NCBI GenBank assembly: GCA_037131245.1
Contig: JBAXRK010000013.1
Coordinates: 1 to 57,998, forward strand
Direction: 5' to 3'
Length of the DNA: 57,998 nucleotides
Source of the DNA: Candidatus Omnitrophota bacterium
Lineage (GTDB): Bacteria; Omnitrophota; Gorgyraeia; Zapsychrales; Fredricksoniimonadaceae
Shown: positions 7,548 through 17,207 of the stretch, in pieces
How the letters are laid out: every line of letters begins with the position of its first letter
How positions within the stretch are numbered: position 1 is the stretch's first letter
The notes under the pieces: model-generated
Told to the model about the DNA's origin: nothing
Databases searched by the model: none
The model's input: the letters and a program-made list of their open reading frames with translations, nothing else
Position numbers and translations under genes: made by a program

Positions 7548-10136
7548 TTAACGGCGTTTCCCCCCGATTGGAAGAGTGATCGTGACCAGGGTTCCCTGGC
7601 CCTCCCGGCTGCTGACCGCAATATGCCCTTCATGTTTTTCGATAATGTTATAAACGATGGTGAGCCCCAGCCCTGTCCCCTGGCCCACGTCTTTGGTCGT
7701 AAAGAACGGCTCGAAAATGCGCGGCATATCCGCGTCGCTGATCCCGCGGCCCTTATCTTCCACCTCAATAACGACCTCATCTCCCCGGCGAGCCGTCCGT
7801 ATCGTGACCTTGCCCGTATCCCCGGAGGCCTGAGCCGCGTTAAGCAGCAGATTAATAAAAACCTGCTCCATCTGCCGGGGATAACACACGACCTGTGGCA
7901 GGGCTTGCGCGTACTCTTTGACGACCTCAACACTATACTTCAAGCTGTTCCAGGAAATGTTCAGCGCCGCATCGATGGTCTGATGGATGTCCGCAAACGC
8001 CTGGACCGTCTTTTCTTCGCGAACAAAAGTCCGTAGATCCGAAACAATACGGGCGACCATGGCCGCCCCCCGCCGCGACTCCTCAATAAGCTTGCGGCGG
8101 TCACTTAGCAGCTCGGTGATATCCGCCTCGCGCTTAAAATCCTCCACCAGGCGCAGGTCGCGGATAGCATCGGGCGATCCTGTTTTCTGTACCGCAGCCT
8201 CCAGCTGGGCATAGAGCCGCAGCATATCATCGATCGTATCGGCGTATTCCCCCATAACAACGAGATTCGTGGTGATATACGCGATCGGATTATTGATCTC
8301 ATGCGCGATCCCCGCGGCCATCCGTCCCAGCGAGGCCATCTTCTCAGCCTGAATAAGCTGCAACTGCATCTGTTTTAAGTCGTCGTTGGCCTTCTCCAGG
8401 GCTTTCTTTTCCGCCTGAAGAAGCTTGATCGCGCTTCCTAGCTCGGCCGTGCGGTTATCGATCAAGAGCTCCAGGTGCCGACGGTAAGCCTGGAGCTCTT
8501 CCTCGGCTTTTTTAGCCTCGGTAATATCAAGCGCGAACAGCAGCAAATGCTGTTCGCCGGCAAGTATGACCATGATAAAACGCACCCCGATCCAGATGTA
8601 ACGGCCGAAGGTGGTTCGCACCTGAATGTCCAGCTGCGCCGCACTCCGAGTCTCGATCTCCCGAAGGGCCGCCTGATATAAACCCGAATCCTTCCACGAC
8701 TGGATCTGATGAAAATTCTGCGCCAAAAGCTGCACGCGCGTCGATCCCACGATCCGGGCCATCGCTTCGTTCGCCATCACACATTCGCCGGTTAGACGAA
8801 AGATCTCAATGCCGACCGGCGAAGCTTTCAGGACGCTCTCGTTGACTTCCAGGGCCTCCACGATCTGCTGCTGAGCAGCGACCTGAGCGGTAATGTCATG
8901 GATGCGCCCTAAGATCTGGCGGGGCGAACCGTCGGGCAGCCGGCTATAAACGATCTCATTGGAAGATAACCAGCGCCATGTGCCGTCCTTATGCTTCATC
9001 CGGTACTGGTGCACCACCGGCTCATAATCACGGGCGGTCAAATATTTCGGAAAAACCTCTGACAGATAGCTCGTAAGGTCATCAGGATGCATCAGAACCG
9101 GGATCATCTGGTCACCCAACGCCTGGATCTCCTCAGCAGAATAACCGAGGATCTTCCTGATCCCCTCGTTGCTATAAACATTGACCCTGTCCACCAGGTC
9201 ATAAATATACAGGATATCGGGCGACAGGTTCACGATCGACTCAATGAACTGGTTGCGATCCTTCAAGACGACCTCAGCCCGCTTGCTCTCCGTAACGTCC
9301 ATAAATACCACCATCGCCGACACCGCTTTGCCCTGAGCGTTGTTGATCGGCGCGGCTTTGGCCATCACGATGCGGTCCTCCTGGTCGGCCCGCCGGATCA
9401 TAAACTCCCGACTGCAGGTCTCGCCGTACATCACCGCCCGGGCCAGCGGCACTTCATCCGTCTTTAACGGCCGCCCGTCAAGGTCGAGCAACCGCCAGCT
9501 GGCCACATAGTCAGCGGCCGCCACGCCATCGACCAGGCTCTTAGGATCCCCGCCCGGGATCATCAATCCGGTCTGATTAACGTAGGTCAGCTTGCCACTG
9601 GGCACCTCCGCGATCGCGATCCCCGCCGGGCTATAGTCCATCGCCGCTTGAAGGATCGCCTTTGCCTGAAGCAACTCCCCTTCCACTTTCTTACGTTGCG
9701 TAATATCCTGGATAATGCCATACATAATGACCGCTTCGCCGGAGGGGCCCAGCTTGAGCTCACCCTGGCCGTGCACCCAGCGCTCTTCCCGGTCACTCAC
9801 CCGGATGATCCGGTATTCCCGGTCAAAACGGCGACGCTTGCCGATCACGTCATTCATAAAATATTCCATCATCGGCTGGCGGTCGTCAGGATGAAGCAAT
9901 TCGGGCCAAACCGAGATATCGTAAGTACCGCCGGGCGGCAAGCCGAAAATATCCCGCAGGATTTCCGAGCATTGCCACCGCCCGGTCGTGATATCCAGCT
10001 GATAAATACCCAGGCCGGCGATCCGCTGGATCTCCTGGCTGGCCCGCAGTTCGTTAACTAATTGTTCGTGTGATTTTCCGGCATGATCATCCGGAGGGAA
10101 AGATGGGTTCTGGGAAGGGTCGGGATTATTGGCCAT
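7548..10136 (-). CDS. Multi-PAS sensor histidine kinase (862 aa, cytoplasmic)
   Basis: Several PAS/PAC-like repeats are present (...RWVHGQGEL..., ...DGTWRWLSSNEIV...). The H-box is AAGIAHEINNPIAY, the N-box is FINLLLNAAQA, and the G-boxes are EDKGRGI and GTGLGL. Confidence 0.85.
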   Translation of the reverse strand: MANNPDPSQNPSFPPDDHAGKSHEQLVNELRASQEIQRIAGLGIYQLDITTGRWQCSEILRDIFGLPPGGTYDISVWPELLHPDDRQPMMEYFMNDVIGKRRRFDREYRIIRVSDREERWVHGQGELKLGPSGEAVIMYGIIQDITQRKKVEGELLQAKAILQAAMDYSPAGIAIAEVPSGKLTYVNQTGLMIPGGDPKSLVDGVAAADYVASWRLLDLDGRPLKTDEVPLARAVMYGETCSREFMIRRADQEDRIVMAKAAPINNAQGKAVSAMVVFMDVTESKRAEVVLKDRNQFIESIVNLSPDILYIYDLVDRVNVYSNEGIRKILGYSAEEIQALGDQMIPVLMHPDDLTSYLSEVFPKYLTARDYEPVVHQYRMKHKDGTWRWLSSNEIVYSRLPDGSPRQILGRIHDITAQVAAQQQIVEALEVNESVLKASPVGIEIFRLTGECVMANEAMARIVGSTRVQLLAQNFHQIQSWKDSGLYQAALREIETRSAAQLDIQVRTTFGRYIWIGVRFIMVILAGEQHLLLFALDITEAKKAEEELQAYRRHLELLIDNRTAELGSAIKLLQAEKKALEKANDDLKQMQLQLIQAEKMASLGRMAAGIAHEINNPIAYITTNLVVMGEYADTIDDMLRLYAQLEAAVQKTGSPDAIRDLRLVEDFKREADITELLSDRRKLIEESRRGAAMVARIVSDLRTFVREEKTVQAFADIHQTIDAALNISWNSLKYSVEVVKEYAQALPQVVCYPRQMEQVFINLLLNAAQASGDTGKVTIRTARRGDEVVIEVEDKGRGISDADMPRIFEPFFTTKDVGQGTGLGLTIVYNIIEKHEGHIAVSSREGQGTLVTITLPIGGKRR

Positions 10137-10185
10137 CAGACAAAAATTATACTCGGAAGGACGGATTCTGGCTACGGGAAAAACA

Positions 10186-11709
10186 TTACCATTCCACAGG
10201 GAAATAGTCCTTCAAGAATTTCCCGCACCAGTGCTCGCCACGGAGGATGCCGTCAAAGAAAGGGTCACAAACCCGCGCCGCGCCGTCTACAATATCCAGC
10301 GGCGGCTGAAAGTCATGCACCTGCTGTTTACGCATGGAAAGCCCGAAAGGATCTTCATCGGTCACCCAGCCGGTATCTACCGCGTTCATAAAGATGCCAT
10401 ATTTCGCCAGATCGCTTGCCGACGTATGCGTTAGCATATTGAGCGCGGCCTTGGCCATATTGGTATGCGGATGCCGGTCGGTTTTGACAAACCGGTGGAA
10501 CTTGCCTTCCATCGCCGAAACATTAACGATATGCTTCTTTCCCGTATTGTCACGCTTCATCATGCCCGACAATTTATTGCACAGCACGAAGGGCGCAATG
10601 GAATTGACCAGCTGCAGCTCGATCATTTCAGACGTCTGGATCTCGCCCAGGCGCAACCGCCAGCTGTTGGTCTCGCGCAGGTCAACCTGCTGCAGGTCGG
10701 CGTCCAGCTTTCCGACAGGAAATACTTTTTCTACCGACAGGTCCTGGTCGTAAACATAAGGTATCTGAGATAATTTCGCTGACGAAGACAAACCAACGCC
10801 GGGCACTTTGGCCGCCCAGGTCACCGGGATATTGGCAGTCTCGCGGCTGGCGCTTCCTGAATTAAGGCCAAGCTGGGCCTTGCAATCCTCAAAAGCACTG
10901 AGCAAGCCCTGTACCTCCTGGGGCAGGTCATGAAAAGGCAGCGTTTCATTGGGGATCATGTGCGCGTAAAAGCCGGTCGGACGCCGCACGGTCTGCGCCG
11001 CGTTATTGACCAGGATATCGAGCCGGTCGTATTTCTGCTCGATGAATTTACAAAAGATCTCCACGCTCGGTGTGTGGCGCAGGTCGAGGCCGTAAACATG
11101 CAACCGGTCGCCCCAATCCTTAAAATCTTTTTCTTTGGAATAACGCATGGCGCTGTCCACGGGAAACCGCGTGGTGGCAATAACCCGGGCCCCGGCGCGC
11201 AGCATCATCAAAGAAGCCTGATACCCGATCTTAAGTCGTGATCCGGTAATAAGCGCGACCTGACCAACCAAAGACGCGGTCTGAAAGCGCTTGGCATAAT
11301 TGAACTCGGCGCATTTCGGGCACATCGCGTCATAGAAAAAATGCAATTTCGAAAATTCCGCCTTGCACACATAACAATTACGCGGACGGATCAACTCATT
11401 CTCCTCAGAAGGCGCTTTCGGCCCTTCGATCTGCGCCGGCGCCACGAAGACCGTCGAGGTCCGGGCACTGCGGATGCCGGTCGCCGCGCGCACCTTACGC
11501 TGATGGGCGTCGATCTTCTTGAGCTTGAGCGTCCGGCGGTCCTGCGCGCGCTTACGGATCTCCTGCTTGTCGGGGCGGGAAATGCGCCCGGCCGCGATCA
11601 TAAGCTCAACGCGCTGGTCTTCGGTCAAATAGGCCAGCTGATCGCTGTTCTTTGAGAGGTCATCGATCATCTTCAGGCAGGCCTGCAGCTCTTCGGGGGA
11701 ATATTTCAT
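10186..11709 (-). CDS. Long SDR-family oxidoreductase with N-terminal extension containing a CxxC...CxxC zinc-ribbon-like motif (507 aa)
   Basis: The Rossmann segment is [14 protein letters not shown] and ILVNNAAQ is also present. The zinc-ribbon-like segment is [22 protein letters not shown] at about aa 110-135. Its ATG overlaps the stop of the upstream MazG-like gene (ATGA). Confidence 0.65.
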   Translation of the reverse strand: MKYSPEELQACLKMIDDLSKNSDQLAYLTEDQRVELMIAAGRISRPDKQEIRKRAQDRRTLKLKKIDAHQRKVRAATGIRSARTSTVFVAPAQIEGPKAPSEENELIRPRNCYVCKAEFSKLHFFYDAMCPKCAEFNYAKRFQTASLVGQVALITGSRLKIGYQASLMMLRAGARVIATTRFPVDSAMRYSKEKDFKDWGDRLHVYGLDLRHTPSVEIFCKFIEQKYDRLDILVNNAAQTVRRPTGFYAHMIPNETLPFHDLPQEVQGLLSAFEDCKAQLGLNSGSASRETANIPVTWAAKVPGVGLSSSAKLSQIPYVYDQDLSVEKVFPVGKLDADLQQVDLRETNSWRLRLGEIQTSEMIELQLVNSIAPFVLCNKLSGMMKRDNTGKKHIVNVSAMEGKFHRFVKTDRHPHTNMAKAALNMLTHTSASDLAKYGIFMNAVDTGWVTDEDPFGLSMRKQQVHDFQPPLDIVDGAARVCDPFFDGILRGEHWCGKFLKDYFPVEW

Positions 11710-12071
11710 AACTTATTGTACTTCGTATGCCGGCCCTTACATTTATCGACGGGATATTTCGCGGCGTTCTTGGCGGTCTTGCGTTCAATGGCCTGCGGCA
11801 GATCGATCCCGAGGTCATGGGCCAGCTCAAAAAGGTACCAGGCCACGTCGGCCAACTCATCGCCCAACACTTCCTTATTCTCCTGGCCGTAACGAACAAC
11901 CTCCTCGGGCGACTTCCACTGGAAATGCTCCAGCACTTCAGCCGCTTCCAAAACCAGGGACAAAGCCACGTCCTTATGGTTATGGAACTGCTTCCAGTCG
12001 CGCTCCTCGCGAAACTGCATCATCTTCTGCGTAATATCTTTTATCTCACCCATAGCCGTGAAGTCTACCAT
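11706..12071 (-). CDS. MazG-like nucleotide pyrophosphohydrolase (small all-alpha NTP-PPase)
   Basis: Typical MazG/YpjD-type motifs are present: [33 protein letters not shown] and [16 protein letters not shown]. The ATG at 12071 follows AGAGGGTGG, whereas the track start at 12083 is a TTG. Confidence 0.7.
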   Translation of the reverse strand: MVDFTAMGEIKDITQKMMQFREERDWKQFHNHKDVALSLVLEAAEVLEHFQWKSPEEVVRYGQENKEVLGDELADVAWYLFELAHDLGIDLPQAIERKTAKNAAKYPVDKCKGRHTKYNKL

Positions 12072-12098
12072 CCACCCTCTCAAGTGTCCACTTTTTCA

Positions 12099-12126
12099 TT
12101 GCCAAACCTTGATACATGGCTATATT
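12099..12126 (+). promoter_or_regulatory. Sigma70-like promoter TTGCCA-N16-TATATT upstream of korA
   Basis: Read directly: -35 at 12099-12104, -10 at 12121-12126, about 54 nt before the korA ATG. Confidence 0.4.
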
Positions 12127-12179
12127 GAGAGAAGTGCCGAGGACGGCCCTGCTCTTTTAATAGGAACAATGAGGTCCCT

Positions 12180-13988
12180 ATGTCTGTTGAAAAACGCTCC
12201 GTTACACGCTTCGAACTTCTGATGGACGCCGGGTTCGGCGCCCAGAAAGCCGGTGATATCCTGCTGGCGGCCTTTGTGGCCATGGGGGAATACGTCTACG
12301 TTGAACCCATGATCCCGGCCGAGATCTCTCCGCCGCCGCGCACGCCCTTCGCGCTTTCGGGCATCATCATCCGCCTGGCGGATTTCGACGTCACCAATAT
12401 CGGCAACGATACCGATCTTATCCTGGCTTCCCAGGAAGTCGCCCTTGACCGCCGGCTTAACGACAAAGAATATAACAAAAAATGCGTGGTCCTGCTGGAC
12501 GTCGGCGACCGGGAAAAGAACCCCGCTTCCTACGACGCGGTGATCAAACGCTGTACGGACGAAGGCCTCACCGTCACCACCTTCGACCTGGACCAGCCCT
12601 CCAAGGATATCCTGGGCGATATCAGCGGTAAAGGCCGCAACCTCTATTACCTGGGTATGCTCTCCTTCATCTACGGCATGGACGAGGAGATCGTCAAGGT
12701 CGAGATCGAAAAGACCCTGGGGAAAAAGTTCAGCCCCGAGCTCAAAGAGAAGAACATCGCGCTCTACCATAACGGCTATCAGCTGGCCAAGGGCATGGAC
12801 CTCACCCGCTACAAGGTCGAGGCCTCCCCCCGCAAGGGCGAAAAGATCCTGATCGACGGCAATACCTCGCTGAGCATGGGGATCATCGATGCCGGCTTCA
12901 AACTGTTCTCCGGCTACCCCATCACGCCGGCTTCATCGGTCATGCACAGCCTGGCCCGCGAACTGCCCTCTTACGGCGGCTCCGTCCACCAGGCGGAAGA
13001 TGAGATCGCGGCGATCGGAGTGGCCATCGGCGCCTATTTCGGCGGCGTGCCCTCCATCACAGCGACCTCGGGCCCGGGCCTTTCGCTCAAACAGGAATTC
13101 ATCGGCTACGCGCAATCGGCCGAAATACCGCTGGTGGTCCTCGACGTCCAGCGCGGCGGCCCGTCAACGGGCTTGCCCACCAAGACCGAACAAAGCGACC
13201 TGATGCCCGCGATCTTCGGCTCGCACGGCGACCATACCAAGATCGTCATCAGCGTCTCGAACGTCATCGACTGCTTCTACGCACCGCACCTGGCCCGCTA
13301 CCTGACAGAGAAACTCCGCGTGCCGGTGCTCATCATGAGCGATTTCCAGACGGCCAACAGCTACAAGGTCATCACCAAACCCAAGATCGTTAACATGACC
13401 AACGTTGATGAGATCCCGGATTTTGTCCTGGAGCGCTTCCATATCAAACGGCTGCCTGATAATATCGAAATGGTCCGCCTTAACCAGGCCCTGCCCGGCA
13501 CCCCCGGCCAGATGCGCCGGGTCACGGGCTTAAGCACTGACGCCAAAGGGCAGATCACCACGTCTTCCTCCGCCAGCCAGCGCGGGCATCATATCCGCAA
13601 CGAGAAAGTGCATCATGTCCGCCGCGCTTTAACCGCGCCGGAAATGTTCGGCCCTGACACCGGCGATATCCTGGTAGTCGGCTGGGGCTCCACCCGCGGC
13701 GCTTTGGAAGAAGCCATCGGCCTCGCCCAGAAGCAGGGTGTCCGCGCGTCGGGCATGCACCTGCGCGTGGTCTATCCGCTGCCGCTCATGCTCAAAGAGA
13801 TCTTCGCGAAATATAAAAAGATCGTGACCGTGGAAGTGGCTTACGGCGATGCCCTCAAACCCTCGCCGCTGGCCTTGCTCCTGCGCTCGGAGGTGCTGAC
13901 AGAGATCCATCCGCTCATCGCGGAGGCGACCGGCCGGCCTATCCGCCCGAAAGTGATCCTCGAACGCATTAAGGAGGCCTTACAATGA
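12180..13988 (+). CDS. korA: 2-oxoacid:ferredoxin oxidoreductase, alpha subunit with fused gamma-like N-terminal domain
   Basis: An N-terminal POR-gamma-like segment (GFGAQKAGDILLAAF) is followed by the alpha core (GNTSLSMGIIDAGFKLFSGYPITPASS, ATSGPGLSLKQE, VVLDVQRGGPSTGLPTK). The stop overlaps the korB start. Confidence 0.85.
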   Translation: MSVEKRSVTRFELLMDAGFGAQKAGDILLAAFVAMGEYVYVEPMIPAEISPPPRTPFALSGIIIRLADFDVTNIGNDTDLILASQEVALDRRLNDKEYNKKCVVLLDVGDREKNPASYDAVIKRCTDEGLTVTTFDLDQPSKDILGDISGKGRNLYYLGMLSFIYGMDEEIVKVEIEKTLGKKFSPELKEKNIALYHNGYQLAKGMDLTRYKVEASPRKGEKILIDGNTSLSMGIIDAGFKLFSGYPITPASSVMHSLARELPSYGGSVHQAEDEIAAIGVAIGAYFGGVPSITATSGPGLSLKQEFIGYAQSAEIPLVVLDVQRGGPSTGLPTKTEQSDLMPAIFGSHGDHTKIVISVSNVIDCFYAPHLARYLTEKLRVPVLIMSDFQTANSYKVITKPKIVNMTNVDEIPDFVLERFHIKRLPDNIEMVRLNQALPGTPGQMRRVTGLSTDAKGQITTSSSASQRGHHIRNEKVHHVRRALTAPEMFGPDTGDILVVGWGSTRGALEEAIGLAQKQGVRASGMHLRVVYPLPLMLKEIFAKYKKIVTVEVAYGDALKPSPLALLLRSEVLTEIHPLIAEATGRPIRPKVILERIKEALQ

Positions 13989-14890
13989 CAACCCCGACCG
14001 CGGCACCCATTACCATGAAGGAATTATTCGCCGAAAACCCCCGCTGGTGCGCCGGTTGCGGCGACTTCGGCATCCTGGCCAGCCTTAAGAAATTCCTCAT
14101 CGAGCGCCAGCTGAAGCCCGAGATGACCATCAATATCTCCGGTATCGGCTGCTCGAGCCGCGCGCCGAATTATATCAATACCTACGGCGCCCACTCGATC
14201 CACGGCCGCGCTATTCCGGTGGCCTTAGGCATCGCGCTCGCCCGCCCGGACCTGAACCTGTTCGTCCATTCCGGCGACGGGGATGCCATGAGCATCGGCG
14301 GCAATCACCTGCTGCACGGGATCAACAAGAACTTCAAATGCGTTTTTCTGATGTACGACAATGAGATCTACGCGCTCACCAAGAACCAGACCTCGCCGAC
14401 AACGCGCAAGGGGCACAAGACCCAGACCCAGCCGCAGGGTAGTTTTCTCAACCCCATCAATCCGCTGGCCGTGGTCCTGGGGCTCGGGGCTTCTTTCGTG
14501 GCCTCTTCCGCCGACTGGATCCCGGACCATCTGGCCAACACGATCAAGGCCGGCTTCGACCATCCGGGCTTTGCTTTCATCCATGTCTGCCAGCGCTGCA
14601 CGCATTTTGACGAAGGAAATTTCAACAATAAAGCTTCCGACTGGTACTCGTTCCTTAAGTCGCCCAGTGGCATTGAGCCCGACAAGCGCCTGGCCGGCAA
14701 GGTGGAGATCGTCGACAATGACCCTTCCGACATGGCCGCGGCCTTTAAATTCGCCGCTTCAGAACGCCGTTATTTTGGATTGTTCTACCAGAATAAAGAA
14801 AAACCGCGTTACGACCAGGTGCTGCGCGACCTGGTTACCAACGCGGTAAAGAAAGACCGGACCACGATCCTTGATCCGTATAATATCTAG
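13985..14890 (+). CDS. korB: 2-oxoacid:ferredoxin oxidoreductase, beta (TPP-binding) subunit
   Basis: It has WCAGCGDFGIL, the GIGCSS motif and the TPP motif SGDGDAMSIGGNHLLH...YDNEIYALTKNQ. Confidence 0.85.
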   Translation: MTTPTAAPITMKELFAENPRWCAGCGDFGILASLKKFLIERQLKPEMTINISGIGCSSRAPNYINTYGAHSIHGRAIPVALGIALARPDLNLFVHSGDGDAMSIGGNHLLHGINKNFKCVFLMYDNEIYALTKNQTSPTTRKGHKTQTQPQGSFLNPINPLAVVLGLGASFVASSADWIPDHLANTIKAGFDHPGFAFIHVCQRCTHFDEGNFNNKASDWYSFLKSPSGIEPDKRLAGKVEIVDNDPSDMAAAFKFAASERRYFGLFYQNKEKPRYDQVLRDLVTNAVKKDRTTILDPYNI

Positions 14891-14911
14891 GCGAGACACC
14901 GCCCAAAAAAA

Positions 14912-14934
14912 TGACCTAACAAATTCTCAGGTCA
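14912..14934. terminator. Hairpin between convergent korB and the Flp-like gene (possible bidirectional terminator)
   Basis: TGACCT (14912-14917) pairs with AGGTCA (14929-14934). An A7 run lies on the left (a U-run for the minus-strand transcript) and CTTATTT on the right. Confidence 0.45.
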
Positions 14935-15195
14935 CTTATTTGGTACTACATTACTGGGAGGCGCGAGATGCGCCACCACCGGATCAATCGGGATGATATC
15001 GTTGACAATACTTGTCGTTGATACTTCAAGAACATTCGTGGCATTGCCGTAAGATTTCTTCAATGACTGTGAAAATGGGCTCTGTCCCCCCAGGGTAAAA
15101 ACAGCGATCACCGAAATAACAACGGTCGCCATCATCATGAATTCCAGCGTGGATGTTCCTTGCCTGCCTGACACGCGCCCCTGATTTCTCCTCAT
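14932..15195 (-). CDS. Small Flp/TadE-like prepilin-type protein (87 aa)
   Basis: A basic leader ends in G and is followed by TSTLEFMMMATVVISVIAVF. This gives a G/xxxxE(F/Y)-plus-hydrophobic-helix pattern like Flp-type pilins. A strong SD (AGGAGGG) precedes the ATG. Confidence 0.45.
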   Translation of the reverse strand: MRRNQGRVSGRQGTSTLEFMMMATVVISVIAVFTLGGQSPFSQSLKKSYGNATNVLEVSTTSIVNDIIPIDPVVAHLAPPSNVVPNK

Positions 15196-15266
15196 ATCGC
15201 CCTCCTAAGAATATACCCCACTGACCCCCATCCAAGTATGCACCATTTTCCTCAAGATATCAATAG

Positions 15267-16955
15267 TCAGGTGCTCACCCGGTTACGCCCTCCCTGTTTG
15301 GCAATGTACAGGGCGCGGTCCGCTTTTCCGATCAAGGACTCCTGGTCCGCCTGCTCTTTCCCGAATGCGGCAACACCCACGCTCACTGTCACGCCCAGAG
15401 ACATATTGTTATGCATCAACCCCATCCCCGCAACATTCAACCGTATCTTCTCGGCCACCCCGCACGCCACTTCCAGTGTGATATGCCTAAGCAAAATAAG
15501 CGCCTCATCGCCGCCGTACCTGGCCACTACGTCTTCGCCGCGAACAGAGGACCTGAGCACCGCGGCCACGTTTTTCAGGACCAGGTCACCGGCCTGATGG
15601 CCAAAACGATCATTGAGCTGTTTGAAATGGTCGATATCACAGATCAGCACGCAAAACCTTAAAGAAGGATCCTGCTCCGCCTTGCGGCATTCTTCATCCA
15701 GGACCTCTTTGAAAAAACGGATATTATAAAGCCCCGTCATCCCGTCCGTGGTCGCCATCGCCATAAGATTCTGCTTCTCGATCGACGCCCGGGTGGAATT
15801 AACGAACATAATAATAAAGTAGCCACCCAGCAACACGATCAACGGTAGCGAAGGGCTGATAATAACTCCATTGAGAAAAAAGATATAGCTCGCCGCCAGC
15901 ACCATGGTCACCATTAAGAGAAAAGCTCCTTCCCGGCCCGAGCGGCCAGAAAAGATCACCAGCGGAAGCAACAAAGCCAAGCCATAAATGATCAACGCCA
16001 CGACCCAAAAAGGCGGAACAGAAAGGAAATCCTGGCTGTCAATATTGCTTAAAGCGGTCGCAATAACGCCAATACCCGGATACGTCGCTTCCAGGGGCGT
16101 GATCTTATGGTCGTAAAGTCCCGCCGCCGTCACCGCGACCAAACAGATCCGCCCCTTAAAATCCGTCAGGTCGATCGCTGTTGGCCGTCCGGCCTGGCGA
16201 TCCACATAGGCCTGACGCAATTCCCTGAAGGAATAATGCCGGAACGTCTCCCGCCATTTGCCCTGCCAGTTAAGCATCATTTTATCGCCTTCCACCAGGG
16301 GGATCGCAATCTCCCTCTGGGCATTGCCCAGGAGCAACTGCCGCGGCGTGATGCTTTTGATCTCCATGCCCCATCGGTCACGGGCCATCTTCAGGACGAT
16401 ATGCTCATAAAACTTGCCGTTGATATAAAAAAAGAGCGGGATACGGCGCCATTTGCCATCACGGTCGGGAATAACAATCGCCGCCCCGGTTCCCTTGACC
16501 GCCTCAAACAAAACCGGGACCGGGTGGATCATGGTCCGCAAGCTGATCTCTCCCTGGGTAAAAATAAAAGGCAAATAGATATTACCCGCCCGGCGGATGA
16601 CATCAGCGAACGGCTTGTCGCCACCCTGATCATCCGGCACGGAAAAAAGATAATCATAAAAGATCTGCCCCGCCCCAAGGTCTTTGAGCAGCGCGCCCAT
16701 CTCGCGATAGTCGGATCTCGGCCAGGGCCAGCGGCCTGAATCAACCAGGTCCCGATCCGTGACCTCAACAATAATGATATCCTGCGTCACATGACTGCTG
16801 ACTTGAGTGGCCCGAAAACGATAATACAGATCCAGTCCCAGTGATTCCAGGCTCCAGAAAAAAGCGGTATGGGAAAGGAGTAGGCAAGCGGAGGCAAATA
16901 ACAGGGAAAGGCAGATACTGAAGTTGAGATCTTTACTGAGCTTTAACCAAGGCAT
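15267..16955 (-). CDS. CHASE2 sensor-domain diguanylate cyclase (GGDEF variant GGDEA)
   Basis: An N-terminal TM is followed by a periplasmic CHASE2-like region, TM segments and then the GGDEF domain (DGMTGLYNIRFF...DIDHFKQLNDRFGHQAGD...RYGGDEALILL). The start lies only 9 nt after the ACP stop. Confidence 0.8.
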   Translation of the reverse strand: MPWLKLSKDLNFSICLSLLFASACLLLSHTAFFWSLESLGLDLYYRFRATQVSSHVTQDIIIVEVTDRDLVDSGRWPWPRSDYREMGALLKDLGAGQIFYDYLFSVPDDQGGDKPFADVIRRAGNIYLPFIFTQGEISLRTMIHPVPVLFEAVKGTGAAIVIPDRDGKWRRIPLFFYINGKFYEHIVLKMARDRWGMEIKSITPRQLLLGNAQREIAIPLVEGDKMMLNWQGKWRETFRHYSFRELRQAYVDRQAGRPTAIDLTDFKGRICLVAVTAAGLYDHKITPLEATYPGIGVIATALSNIDSQDFLSVPPFWVVALIIYGLALLLPLVIFSGRSGREGAFLLMVTMVLAASYIFFLNGVIISPSLPLIVLLGGYFIIMFVNSTRASIEKQNLMAMATTDGMTGLYNIRFFKEVLDEECRKAEQDPSLRFCVLICDIDHFKQLNDRFGHQAGDLVLKNVAAVLRSSVRGEDVVARYGGDEALILLRHITLEVACGVAEKIRLNVAGMGLMHNNMSLGVTVSVGVAAFGKEQADQESLIGKADRALYIAKQGGRNRVST

Positions 16956-16964
16956 CGCTTAAGG

Positions 16965-17207
16965 TCACCCGCGGCGGCGTTGAATATAGTCGACCACATC
17001 CCTGACCGTCTTAACAGCCATGATATCACTATCCGGGATCTTAAGATAGAACTTTTCCTCCAAAGCGAAAGCCATCTCAATGGCCGCGAAAGAATCCATG
17101 TTAAGGTCCTCCGCCAGGCGGGCGTCGGGCGTGATCTTCTCTGGCGCGGCATCCAGTTTATCCGCCAGGATCGCTTTCACCTGCTGCTCGATATCTTGCG
17201 CGTTCAT
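16965..17207 (-). CDS. Acyl carrier protein
   Basis: The 80-aa protein has EDLNMDSFAAIEMAFALEEKF (a DSx phosphopantetheine-site pattern). Its ATG overlaps the ketosynthase stop (ATGA). Confidence 0.85.
   Translation of the reverse strand: MNAQDIEQQVKAILADKLDAAPEKITPDARLAEDLNMDSFAAIEMAFALEEKFYLKIPDSDIMAVKTVRDVVDYIQRRRG

Noticed and set aside
7541-7933. N-terminal ~130 residues of the 544-aa track ORF 6299..7933
   Set aside because: This stretch lies inside the C-terminal HATPase region of the well-supported histidine kinase (7548..10136) in another frame. It has an Arg/Ser/Cys-rich shadow-ORF composition. Only the part downstream of the kinase stop is kept as the radical SAM gene.
12166-12183. 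Possible fourth copy of the AATAGGG...CCCTATT element just before the korA start (AATAGGAACAATGAGGTCCCTAT)
   Set aside because: The arms are only 5 nt (ATAGG/CCTAT), the loop differs, and the sequence is explained by the SD and start codon of korA. A half-match at 39666-39676 (GCCCTATTT) lacks the partner arm.
12120-12770. 216-aa minus-strand ORF antisense to korA
   Set aside because: It fully overlaps a strongly supported gene. Its biased D/E/G/V/R composition is typical of antisense frames in GC-rich DNA, and it has no recognisable motifs.
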